Of a stretch of DNA of 52,740 nt, positions 8,857 to 16,783 are shown one piece after another. The stretch's first letter is position 1; every line of letters begins with the position of its first letter. Made by a program: the position numbers and the translations under genes. The notes under the pieces are model-generated. The model was not told the origin of the DNA. It worked only from the letters and a program-made list of their open reading frames with translations, and made no database searches. This stretch comes from Armatimonadota bacterium (GTDB lineage Bacteria; Sysuimicrobiota; Sysuimicrobiia; Sysuimicrobiales; Humicultoraceae): assembly GCA_037446215.1 (NCBI GenBank), contig JBBIJB010000010.1, positions 1 through 52,740 on the forward strand. Reading direction: 5' to 3'.

Positions 8857-11723
8857 CCCTACCGCTTCGCGTGATGATCCTCGATGACGGGCCGGCAGAC
8901 GCCGAGCTGATGCTCGATGAGCTCAGGCAGGGCGGGTTTGTCCCTGACTGGACACGCGTCGAGACAGAGGCGGAGTTCGTGGACGCCCTCGACCCGAAGA
9001 TCGACGTCATCCTGGCCGACTACAACCTCCCCGGCTTCAGCGGGCTTCGGGCGCTGCGGCTCCTGAACGAGCGCGGCCTCGACGTGCCCTTCATCCTGGT
9101 CTCCGGCACCATCGGCGAGGAAGTAGCGGTCCGCGCCATGCAGGAGGGCGCCTCGGACTACCTGATCAAGGACCGCCTGGGCCGGCTGGGACAGGCCGTC
9201 TCCATGGCGCTGGAGAGGCGCAAGACGAGGCGCGCGCTCACTGAGGCGGAAGGCCGCTACAAGAGCCTCTTCGAGGGCGTCCCCATCGGGCTCTATCGCT
9301 CCACGCCCGAGGGCAGGTTCCTGGACGTGAACGACGCGCTGGTCGAGCTGCTGGGCTATCCGGACCGCGCCTCCCTGCTGGAGGTGAGCATTCGGGAATT
9401 CTACGAGCATCCCGAAGACCGGGACACGCTTCTCTCGAGCGCCGTGGAGGCAGGCGTCGTCCGGGACGCCGAGATCCGGCTGCTGAGGAGAGACGGCGAG
9501 GAGATCTGGGCCTCGCTCAATACCAGGGCGGTGAAGGGCGCCTCGGGAGAGGTCCTCTACTACGAGGGGAGCGTCGAGGATATCACCGCCCGGAAGCGCG
9601 CCTCGGAGGCACTGGCTGAGCGCGAGCGCTTCCTCTCGACGCTCAACGAGATCACCCGGGCCTCCCTGGAGTCGTGGGATGTCGATTCGATGTTGCAGAC
9701 GCTGGCCGAGCGGTTGATGGAGCTATTTGGGGCGGACGGCTGCTTCATCAACGCCTGGGACGAGGAGCGCCGGGTGCCGATGCCGGGGGCGGCAGCAGGC
9801 ACGGTGAGTGGGGCATACCCCGGGACGGTGCTTGCTGAGCCCGGAGAGCCGACGATCACAGGCGCAGTCCTGTCGGCGGGCCGAGCCCTTCCGGTGGAGG
9901 ACTACCAGAACAGCCCTCTCGTCAGCCGGCGCATCGCCGCGTCCTACCCGTGCAGGTCGGTCCTGGGCCTGCCCCTCATCTCAGGGCACTACAAGCTGGG
10001 GGTGGCGACTATCACCTTCGATGCGCCCCACCGGTTCACCGAGGAGGAGATGGCGCGCGGCGAGCAGGCCGCCCGCCAGATATCGCTGGCGATAGCAAAG
10101 GCCCGGCTCCTGGACGAGTCGGAGCGAAGGGCCGAGGAGCTGGCGGCCGCGGTCAAGGTGACCGGCGCGGTGCTGCGCACGCGCGACCTGGACGAGCGCA
10201 TAGAGGTCATTCTTCGCGAGATGATGTCGTTCGCCAAGACCGAGTATGGGGCCGCCTTCCTACTGGACGGGGACGGGGTCAGGCTGTGCGCGGCGCGCGG
10301 CTTCGCAGGATCCCTTCATGTCGAACTGCAGGGCCTCGGCAGGGACCGGGGAGAGTGGCTCCGGACCCCGCGCACGCTGAGCGGTAGCGCGGGCCAGCCG
10401 GATCTTCCCGAGTTCGCCCGACGCGAGGGCATCAGGTCATGGATCACGCTACCCCTGAGCCAGCCCCTCGCCCCCGGCCCATCAGAGGCGGAGTTCGCGG
10501 CCTCCTTCGTCCTGGCGAGCCGCGACGCGGACGTCGTCACCGACGAGCGTCTGGCGGCCCTCAGGCGGATGACCCCACCGCTCCGGCTTGCAGTGGAGAA
10601 CGCCCGGGCCTACCGCCGGGCGCAGGAGCGCATGGTGAGGCTGCGCTCCCTCCACGAGATCGACAGGGCCATCACCTCCAGTCTCGACCTCCGTACGACG
10701 CTCACGGTGCTCCTTGCTGAGGCCTGCTCGCAGCTCGACGTGGATGCCGCGGCGGTGCGCCTGTTCAACGCGCACACGCGCTCCCTGGAGTTCGCCGCCG
10801 CCAGGGGTTTACCGGAGAGCGAGTTGAGGCGCGCGGCCCGCGCCTCACGTCACAGCCACGCCTCACAGGCCGCCACGGAGAGGCGTGTAGTGCACGTACG
10901 GCATCTTGAGAAGGAGCAAGCAGACCCCCTCCTGGCGTACCTCTCGGCCGAGGGGTTCGCAGACCTCCTGGCGGTTCCTCTCATCGCCAAGGGGCGCGTG
11001 ACGGGCGTGCTGGAGCTCATGCACCGGAAGCCGCTGGACCGGGACCCCGACTGGAAGGGGTTCCAGGAGAGCCTGGCGGCCCAGGCGGCCATCGCGCTGG
11101 ACAGCGCGGCCATGTTCGAGGAGCTGCAGCGCTCCAGGGCCGAGGTGATCCTCGCCTACGATTCGACGCTAGAGGGGTGGGCCCGTGCCCTCGACCTGCG
11201 GAACGACGAGACCGAGGGCCGCACGGAGAGGATCTCCGAGGTCACCCTGCGGCTGGCCCAGGAGCTTGGTGTCCGCGAGGTAGACCTGGAGCAGATCCGC
11301 CGGGGGGCGATGCTTCACGACATAGGCGAGATCGCGGTCCCGGAAGCCGTCCTGCTCAAGCCCGGGCCCCTGACCGAGGAGGAGTGGGTCGAGGTGCGGC
11401 GCCACCCCACGGTGGCCTTCGAGATGCTCTCGGCGATTCCGTACCTGCGTCCCGCTCTCGACATACCCTACTGCCACCACGAGAGGTGGGACGGATCCGG
11501 CTATCCGCGCGGCCTGTCGGGCGAGCAGATTCCCCTGGCGGCCAGGATCTTCGCGGTCGTGGATGTCTGGGAAGCGCTCACCTCGAGCCGCCCCTACCGT
11601 GAGGCCTGGCCCGAGGCGAAGGCGCTGGCGTACATCCGCGAGAAGTCGGGCAGCCAGTTCGACCCGCGGGTCGTCGAAGCGTTCCTGCGGGTGATGACCG
11701 CTACCCCTCGACCGCCTGCCTGA
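8853..11723 (+). CDS. Response-regulator receiver / PAS / GAF / GAF / HD-GYP multidomain protein (putative c-di-GMP phosphodiesterase)
   Basis: GTG with GGGAGGA RBS. REC domain (VMILDDGPADAE...DVILADYNLPGFSG...SDYLIKD). PAS domain (VPIGLYRSTPEGRFLDVNDALVELLGY...YYEGSVEDITARK). Two GAF-like regions. HD-GYP domain (MLHDIGEIAVP...HHERWDGSGYPRGL). Confidence 0.9.
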   Translation: MTLPLRVMILDDGPADAELMLDELRQGGFVPDWTRVETEAEFVDALDPKIDVILADYNLPGFSGLRALRLLNERGLDVPFILVSGTIGEEVAVRAMQEGASDYLIKDRLGRLGQAVSMALERRKTRRALTEAEGRYKSLFEGVPIGLYRSTPEGRFLDVNDALVELLGYPDRASLLEVSIREFYEHPEDRDTLLSSAVEAGVVRDAEIRLLRRDGEEIWASLNTRAVKGASGEVLYYEGSVEDITARKRASEALAERERFLSTLNEITRASLESWDVDSMLQTLAERLMELFGADGCFINAWDEERRVPMPGAAAGTVSGAYPGTVLAEPGEPTITGAVLSAGRALPVEDYQNSPLVSRRIAASYPCRSVLGLPLISGHYKLGVATITFDAPHRFTEEEMARGEQAARQISLAIAKARLLDESERRAEELAAAVKVTGAVLRTRDLDERIEVILREMMSFAKTEYGAAFLLDGDGVRLCAARGFAGSLHVELQGLGRDRGEWLRTPRTLSGSAGQPDLPEFARREGIRSWITLPLSQPLAPGPSEAEFAASFVLASRDADVVTDERLAALRRMTPPLRLAVENARAYRRAQERMVRLRSLHEIDRAITSSLDLRTTLTVLLAEACSQLDVDAAAVRLFNAHTRSLEFAAARGLPESELRRAARASRHSHASQAATERRVVHVRHLEKEQADPLLAYLSAEGFADLLAVPLIAKGRVTGVLELMHRKPLDRDPDWKGFQESLAAQAAIALDSAAMFEELQRSRAEVILAYDSTLEGWARALDLRNDETEGRTERISEVTLRLAQELGVREVDLEQIRRGAMLHDIGEIAVPEAVLLKPGPLTEEEWVEVRRHPTVAFEMLSAIPYLRPALDIPYCHHERWDGSGYPRGLSGEQIPLAARIFAVVDVWEALTSSRPYREAWPEAKALAYIREKSGSQFDPRVVEAFLRVMTATPRPPA

Positions 11724-12675
11724 CCGCCCTCAGCGTCTCCTCCTGGGCGTCGATCGGGATCACGCAGCCCGCCGTGACCAGCAGCTTCTTCCCACCGACC
11801 TGGGAGATCGCGTCCCTGACCTCCTCTGCCGCCTTCTCCGGCGCCGCCTTTCCTATCGTGTCCATCGCGTCCACCCCGCCCGCAAGCGCGCCCGAGTACT
11901 GCTCGCGTGCCTCCTTGAGGGTCGGGGGCGTGCGGCGGTCGTGCCAGTTCACGACATGGACCGGGTAGTCGATCAACTGCTCGAACATGATCCGCTCGCC
12001 GTGGATGTGAAGCACCACGATCTCGGCGGAGCGGGCCGCGTCCAGGACCCGGAGGTCGTAGGGCCTGCCGAACTCCTCGTACTCCTCGACCGTCATGTAG
12101 CCGGTCGTCGCGCACTGCGTGGCGAAGAACAGGCCGTCTGCGCCCGCCGCGAGGCACTCCACGGCGAACTGCGATACCGCGTCGGTGACGATCTCGAGGC
12201 CTTCGTGCATCTCATCCACCGAATCGCGCAGGTAGCGCAGCAGGGCGGTCTCCCCGGAGAGCGTGCGGGCCACCGAGAGCGGGCTGAAGACCGTCGCCAG
12301 GACGATCTCATCGGGCAGCAGCCTCCGGACCTCGCGCACCGTCTTGATCTCGCGCCCATGGACGCCGGAGCTGACGTCGAGGCGTTTGAGCCTCGGCCAG
12401 TCCGTCTCCTTCTTGACGGGCCTGTCGGTGTAGTGCCGCGTCCCCTCGCGGTTGGGCCTGTAGGTGGAGCGCAGGCCCCAATCGTCTCCGTAGAAGCCGC
12501 TGGCGGGCGTCACCTTCACGAAGTCCCACTCGTACGAGCCCTGGAACGCCGCGTGGGCCTGGGCGAGAGCATCGGCCTTCTGATCCTGATCGGGGAAGTG
12601 CCGCCACAGCGCCACCGGCGGTCTGTCCACGGGCTGGCCGTCAATCGCGGCGAACACCCGTTCACGCCTCTTCAC
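11701..12675 (-). CDS. Uroporphyrinogen decarboxylase (URO-D) family protein, MtaA/CmuA-like
   Basis: GTG start with GGGAG RBS. N-terminus RVFAAIDGQPVDRPPVALWRHFP and overall length fit the URO-D / methylcobamide methyltransferase-like family. The 3' end overlaps the convergent HD-GYP gene by 23 nt. Confidence 0.8.
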   Translation of the reverse strand: MKRRERVFAAIDGQPVDRPPVALWRHFPDQDQKADALAQAHAAFQGSYEWDFVKVTPASGFYGDDWGLRSTYRPNREGTRHYTDRPVKKETDWPRLKRLDVSSGVHGREIKTVREVRRLLPDEIVLATVFSPLSVARTLSGETALLRYLRDSVDEMHEGLEIVTDAVSQFAVECLAAGADGLFFATQCATTGYMTVEEYEEFGRPYDLRVLDAARSAEIVVLHIHGERIMFEQLIDYPVHVVNWHDRRTPPTLKEAREQYSGALAGGVDAMDTIGKAAPEKAAEEVRDAISQVGGKKLLVTAGCVIPIDAQEETLRAVRQAVEG

Positions 12676-12788
12676 CTATCCACGCTCCCTTCTTCGCTGC
12701 GCATCTCGCAATCTAGATTCGAACGCCGCGCCCTATCTCCTCGTCGCAGCTCGCCCGCCGTCAGGGGCGGCCCCGCGCGGCGGCGGGG

Positions 12789-13376
12789 TTACCGCCTGAC
12801 CGGGAACTCCTCCACCAAGTAGAAGCGCCCCTCCACGTAATCGACCGCGGCGGCGGCGAGGTCGGGGAGGGCGTCGACCAGATCCCTGGCGAGCGACCTA
12901 CCCGCGGCCTCCGCGCAGAACGCCAGCAGGATGAGAGGGTGGCTCACCACCAGCGACGCGCGCCCGCATCGCATATCGCCGATCGCGCGAAGCTCCCTTG
13001 CCAGGCGTGCCGCGCCGTCGGCCAGGGACTCGCCGTCGGGGGAGGAGCCGTAGGAGTCGAACAGCCGGTCCACCCAGGCACAGTAGTCGGCCTCGCCGCA
13101 GGGCGGCGAGGCGGCCGCGATCTCGGCGAGCCCCTCCCGCGGCGTCACGGGAAGCGCGCGGGCGGCGGCGACCGCCTCCGCTGTCTCGACGGCGGCGCGC
13201 ATGGGTCTCGAGAAGACCGCATCGAACCCGAGGAGTGCCGCCGCGGCCATCTCGGCCTCCGCTAGGCCCTCCTCCGAGAGCGGCGGGTCGCCCTCCTCCG
13301 CGGCCGCCCAGTCGACGGCCCCCCGGTTGAGGAGCAACAGCCGCGTCCTGAGTGCATCAGGGGCGTCGTCGCTCAT
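12789..13376 (-). CDS. Histidine phosphatase (phosphoglycerate mutase) superfamily protein with a degenerate catalytic motif
   Basis: The tracked 382-aa ORF is over-extended; ATG at 13376 (MSDDAPDAL...). Layout LLLLNRGAVDW...PLSEEGLAEA...FSRPMRAAVETAE...LVVSHPLIL is colinear with the RHG...SH family, but RHG reads NRG. Confidence 0.65.
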   Translation of the reverse strand: MSDDAPDALRTRLLLLNRGAVDWAAAEEGDPPLSEEGLAEAEMAAAALLGFDAVFSRPMRAAVETAEAVAAARALPVTPREGLAEIAAASPPCGEADYCAWVDRLFDSYGSSPDGESLADGAARLARELRAIGDMRCGRASLVVSHPLILLAFCAEAAGRSLARDLVDALPDLAAAAVDYVEGRFYLVEEFPVRR

Positions 13377-13441
13377 GACCCTAGGTATTATGAGTTTCTT
13401 ACGGCCCGGCCCGTCTCCTTCGACCTTGAAGATGATATCGT

Positions 13442-13450
13442 TGGTATAGT
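13442..13450 (+). promoter_or_regulatory. Extended -10-like element TGgTATAGT upstream of the 13470 gene
   Basis: ttggtatagt lies 20 nt upstream of GGGAGG-GTG (13470), inside an unusually AT-rich 90-bp divergent intergenic region. Confidence 0.3.
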
Positions 13451-13469
13451 CGCTCTGGGAGGTGCTGCC

Positions 13470-14642
13470 GTGTCGTCGAAGGCGGGCGCTTTGGTCAGGG
13501 TCGTGCTGGTAGCGACCGTGGCGGTGACAGTGCTGCTGGGGGCGGCGCCTGCCCTGGCGGTGGAGACGCGCGCGGGCCAGGCAGTCCGAGTCGGCCCGGA
13601 CGAGGTCGTGAACGACGATCTCTACGTCGCCTCCAGCCGCACGACCGTGGAGGGCCGTGTGCGGGGCGACCTGATCTCGCTGGGCGGCAGCCTCCGGCTG
13701 CGCGGCAGCGTGGACGGCGACGCCCTCGTAGCCGCCGGGACCGCGGAGGTGTTGGGCGCGGTTGGGGCGAGCCTGCGGGTGATTGCGGGCACCCTCGTCG
13801 TCGAGGGGGCAGTCGGGAGGGATGCGACGGTTGCCGGCGGTACCGTGGAGTTCGAGAGGGGCTCTCGCATCGCCCGCGACGTCGCGGTCGCCGCCGGTAC
13901 GGTGTCCCTGAGGGGAGAGGTCGGGCGCAACGCGCACCTGGCCGGCGGGCGGACCGAGATTTCGGGCACCGTCGGGGGGAACGTGGTCGTGCGCGGGGGC
14001 GAGGTCGTCCTTCTTCCCACGGCGGTCGTGCGGGGCAGCCTCACCTACAGCAGCGACCGTCCCGTTACGATGTCCCCGGGCGCCACCGTAGTGGGAAGGG
14101 TCGTCGAGCGTCCCTACGCCGTGCCCAGGCCCTCGGCCGCGCAGGCGCTAAGGGGGGTTCGCGTAGTGCTCGGCATCCTCGACTTCTTCTGGCTGCTGGT
14201 CCTGGCCCTCGTGCTGGTCGCCGTGGTGCCCGGTCCCGCGCTGGCGAGCGCGGGGGCGCTCCGCGGCCGGCCCTGGGCCTCCCTGGTGATCGGCCTCGCG
14301 CTCGCCTTCCTGATCCCGGTCCTGACGATGATGCTCACACTGACCCTGGTCGGGATCCCGCTGGCGATAGTGGTCGTGCTCGGCGGCACGCTGGCCGTCT
14401 TCCTGGCGCACGTGGCCGCGGCGCTCGCGATCGGACAGCTCCTCTTCCCCAGCCTGCGCTCACGGTACTCGGAGGCGGCGATCGGAGCAGGGTTCATCGC
14501 GATCGCCACGAACCTGCCGGTCGTGGGCTACGCTCTGCGGATGCTCGTGCTCGCCTTCGGGCTGGGCGCCCTCGTGGTGGCGTGGTGGGGGAGGCGTACT
14601 CCTCCTGCGCCGGCCCCGACCGACCGCCCGATGGTGGCCTGA
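13470..14642 (+). CDS. Membrane protein: signal peptide, bactofilin-like Gly/Val beta-helical repeat ectodomain, C-terminal polytopic domain
   Basis: GTG start after GGGAGG. Signal peptide VVLVATVAVTVLLGAAPALA. About 190 aa of degenerate repeats (GRVRGDLISLGGSLRLRGSVDGDALVAAGTAEVLGAVGASLRVIAGTLVVEGAVGRDATVAGG...), followed by 4-5 predicted TM helices. Confidence 0.7.
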   Translation: MSSKAGALVRVVLVATVAVTVLLGAAPALAVETRAGQAVRVGPDEVVNDDLYVASSRTTVEGRVRGDLISLGGSLRLRGSVDGDALVAAGTAEVLGAVGASLRVIAGTLVVEGAVGRDATVAGGTVEFERGSRIARDVAVAAGTVSLRGEVGRNAHLAGGRTEISGTVGGNVVVRGGEVVLLPTAVVRGSLTYSSDRPVTMSPGATVVGRVVERPYAVPRPSAAQALRGVRVVLGILDFFWLLVLALVLVAVVPGPALASAGALRGRPWASLVIGLALAFLIPVLTMMLTLTLVGIPLAIVVVLGGTLAVFLAHVAAALAIGQLLFPSLRSRYSEAAIGAGFIAIATNLPVVGYALRMLVLAFGLGALVVAWWGRRTPPAPAPTDRPMVA

Positions 14643-14643
14643 A

Positions 14644-15468
14644 GTGGAGCTAGTGCCGAGGGTAGGGCTCACAGAGACGGCGGGGTTCGCGGTAGAGGTC
14701 GCGCTGGAGGCCTCCGATCTCGCGATGCGGATGCTCTCGGAGCCGCCGGCCGGGAAGGGCGTGCGCTACAAGAGCCCCACCGAGCTCGTTACGCGCGCGG
14801 ATCACGAGGTGGAGGAGCTGGTGGGCCGCAGGATCCGCGCGCGCTTTCCCGATCACGCGGTCTTGGGCGAAGAGGAGACGGCCCTGGGGACCGCCCCGGC
14901 CCACGGCCCGTCCGCCAGGTGGATAGTCGACCCCATCGACGGTACAGCCAACTTCGCCCACGGGATCCCGTGGTTCGCGGTCTCTATCGCACTCGAAGAG
15001 GCGGGCCGGGTTACCTGCGGCGTCGTGACGGTTCCACCCACCGGCGAGTGCTTCGTGGCCGAGCGCGGGCGCGGCGCCCACCTGCTGCACGGTCGGGCTG
15101 CGCCGGTGCGGCTTGCGGTCTCCGGGACCGGCGAGATCGGGCAGGCCCTGCTGGCGACAGGCCTCCCGCGGGAGCCCGACCGGCCCCGGCTGGTGCGGAC
15201 GATTCCCCGGGCGATGCTCCGATCGCTGGAGGTTCGTGTCATGGGCGCGGCCGCCGTTCACCTTGCCTACGTGGCCGCCGGCCGTCTGGACGCCTTCTGG
15301 GAGGCGGCGCTCAGCCCGTGGGACGTCGCGGCCGGGATTCTCCTGGTCGAGGAGGCGGGTGGGACGGTCACGGATCTGGAGGGCAGGCCGATCCGCGATC
15401 TCGGGGGCGATATTCTCGCCACGAACACGCTGCTTCACCCGGCCATGCTCGAGGTCATCGCCGGCTAG
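14644..15468 (+). CDS. Inositol monophosphatase family protein (SuhB/IMPase-like)
   Basis: Motifs VLGEEE, WIVDPIDGTANFAHG and AAGRLDAFWE...PWDVAAGILLVEEAGG are canonical IMPase family motifs. The GTG lies 1 nt after the upstream stop. Confidence 0.9.
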   Translation: MELVPRVGLTETAGFAVEVALEASDLAMRMLSEPPAGKGVRYKSPTELVTRADHEVEELVGRRIRARFPDHAVLGEEETALGTAPAHGPSARWIVDPIDGTANFAHGIPWFAVSIALEEAGRVTCGVVTVPPTGECFVAERGRGAHLLHGRAAPVRLAVSGTGEIGQALLATGLPREPDRPRLVRTIPRAMLRSLEVRVMGAAAVHLAYVAAGRLDAFWEAALSPWDVAAGILLVEEAGGTVTDLEGRPIRDLGGDILATNTLLHPAMLEVIAG

Positions 15469-16630
15469 CGCTTCGCTGTCCTGTGACCAGGCCCCGCGTC
15501 GCCGACGGGATCTGCGCAATTGACGCCGCGATCAGCACGGCGTACGTCGCGCCGAAGCCGACCATGAGCGAGAGGTCCTGATCCCCCAGCGGCGTCGTGA
15601 ACACACCGGGGTCCGCCATCACCATCACCGACGCGTGTATCGCGCCGACCAGCGGCAGCAACGCGAGCGCCAGCGCCCACCATCCCCCGGCGTGGGAGGG
15701 GGTGCCCACCAGCCAGGACGATGCGGCGGGATTCGCCTCGGAGACGCCTATGGCGCGCCTCATATCGAGCAGCCTCCGGAGGCGCAGCAGCACCGTCAGG
15801 GCGAGGCCGCCCAGCACCACCGGGAAGAAGCGCGCTACCTCCGCAGGCTGCGCCGGCAGCCAGTCAAGCTGGGCCGTCACGGCGTCCAGTCGCGCCTTCA
15901 TGGCGGCCTCGCCCGCTCCTACCCGTTCGACCCGCTCCCTGGCGGCGCGGAGCCGATCCCGAGCGTCCGCCCCGGCCGCCGCCAGCTGGAGCTTCAGGCC
16001 GCGCAGCCCTTCCTCGATTCCCCTTGCGACCTTCTCCAGATCGGGGGAGGCGAGGCCATACGATGCGCCCGGTGCCTGCCACCGCTGCCAGGACTCCGGG
16101 TCGGCCGCGAAGGCGCTTCTCAGCGCGGGGTTCAGCTCGAGCACGCTGCGGGCGACTCCGTTCCTCGCGGTGCGCAGCGCCCCTTCCACCATGGGCAGGT
16201 GGGTCCTCGCCTGGGCCAGCGGCTCCAGCGCGGAGTCCAGCGCGAGCGTCAGCGCCTCGGAGTGGACCCCTATCCGGCGGCGGACCGCCTCCTCGACGAC
16301 CGCGGCCTCCCCACCCCTCTCCACTATCTCGGCGATCGCGGCGTGCAGCTCGAGGGGGCCCGATTCAAACTGCCTACGGAACCGCACGAGAGCACCCGAG
16401 GTCGCCGCCAGGGCCCTCTGGGCCGACACGATCGCCGCCTCTTCATGGACCGCGCGCTCCAGAGCGACCTCGACCCGGGGCAGAGACGCCCTTGCCTGCA
16501 GGAAGGGCATCAGCACGAGAAGGTGGAGGATCCCCGCCGCCAGGAAGGCCAGCCAGAAGAAGGTGTGATAGGAACGGATCTCGGACGCGTAGACGGCGAG
16601 CGCACGCTCACGCTCCTGGTTGTCGGGCAC
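15455..16630 (-). CDS. Hypothetical membrane protein (TM - long helical region - 3 TM)
   Basis: Only this frame gives balanced composition and clear TM helices (FFWLAFLAAGILHLLVLMPFL; FFPVVLGGLALTVLLRL; WWALALALLPLVGAIHASVMVMA; LMVGFGATYAVLIAASIA). GTG at 16630 has GGAGG 7 nt upstream. The codons between 16720 and 16631 have low GC3, so the longer start is less likely. Confidence 0.6.
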   Translation of the reverse strand: MPDNQERERALAVYASEIRSYHTFFWLAFLAAGILHLLVLMPFLQARASLPRVEVALERAVHEEAAIVSAQRALAATSGALVRFRRQFESGPLELHAAIAEIVERGGEAAVVEEAVRRRIGVHSEALTLALDSALEPLAQARTHLPMVEGALRTARNGVARSVLELNPALRSAFAADPESWQRWQAPGASYGLASPDLEKVARGIEEGLRGLKLQLAAAGADARDRLRAARERVERVGAGEAAMKARLDAVTAQLDWLPAQPAEVARFFPVVLGGLALTVLLRLRRLLDMRRAIGVSEANPAASSWLVGTPSHAGGWWALALALLPLVGAIHASVMVMADPGVFTTPLGDQDLSLMVGFGATYAVLIAASIAQIPSATRGLVTGQRSASRR

Positions 16631-16713
16631 GACGCGCCTCCGCGGTGGATCGTGTTGGATTGGGTATCTGTTGGCTACCAGGCGGCCGCACGCCTTCTTT
16701 TTCCGCCCCGCCG

Positions 16714-16742
16714 TTGACACCGGCCCATCCCAGCGATACCCT
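16714..16742 (+). promoter_or_regulatory. Sigma-70-type promoter for the men operon: -35 TTGACA, 17-bp spacer, -10 TACCCT
   Basis: Perfect TTGACA at 16714-16719, exactly 17 nt, then TACCCT (TAnnnT) at 16737-16742. Predicted +1 is about 16749. Confidence 0.5.
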
Positions 16743-16748
16743 GCGACT

Positions 16749-16766
16749 AGACCGACGCGTCGGTCT
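16749..16766. promoter_or_regulatory. Perfect 18-bp palindrome AGACCGACG|CGTCGGTCT, candidate TetR operator
   Basis: Perfect inverted repeat starting at the predicted +1, 18 nt upstream of the TetR::MenF ATG. Size and dyad symmetry are typical of TetR-family operators. Confidence 0.55.
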
Positions 16767-16783
16767 GTTGACTACCGCCGCCT

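Noticed and set aside
12709-12718. The AATCTAGATT palindrome upstream of the URO-D-like gene as a possible operator.
   Set aside because: Only 10 bp are perfect, the arms do not extend, and no regulator is encoded nearby. That is too weak to call.
16768-16773. A second TTGACT hexamer just upstream of the TetR::MenF ATG, as a possible promoter -35.
   Set aside because: It lies only 10 nt from the ATG, so no -10 or TSS can fit. The TTGACA-N17-TACCCT promoter upstream is geometrically sound.
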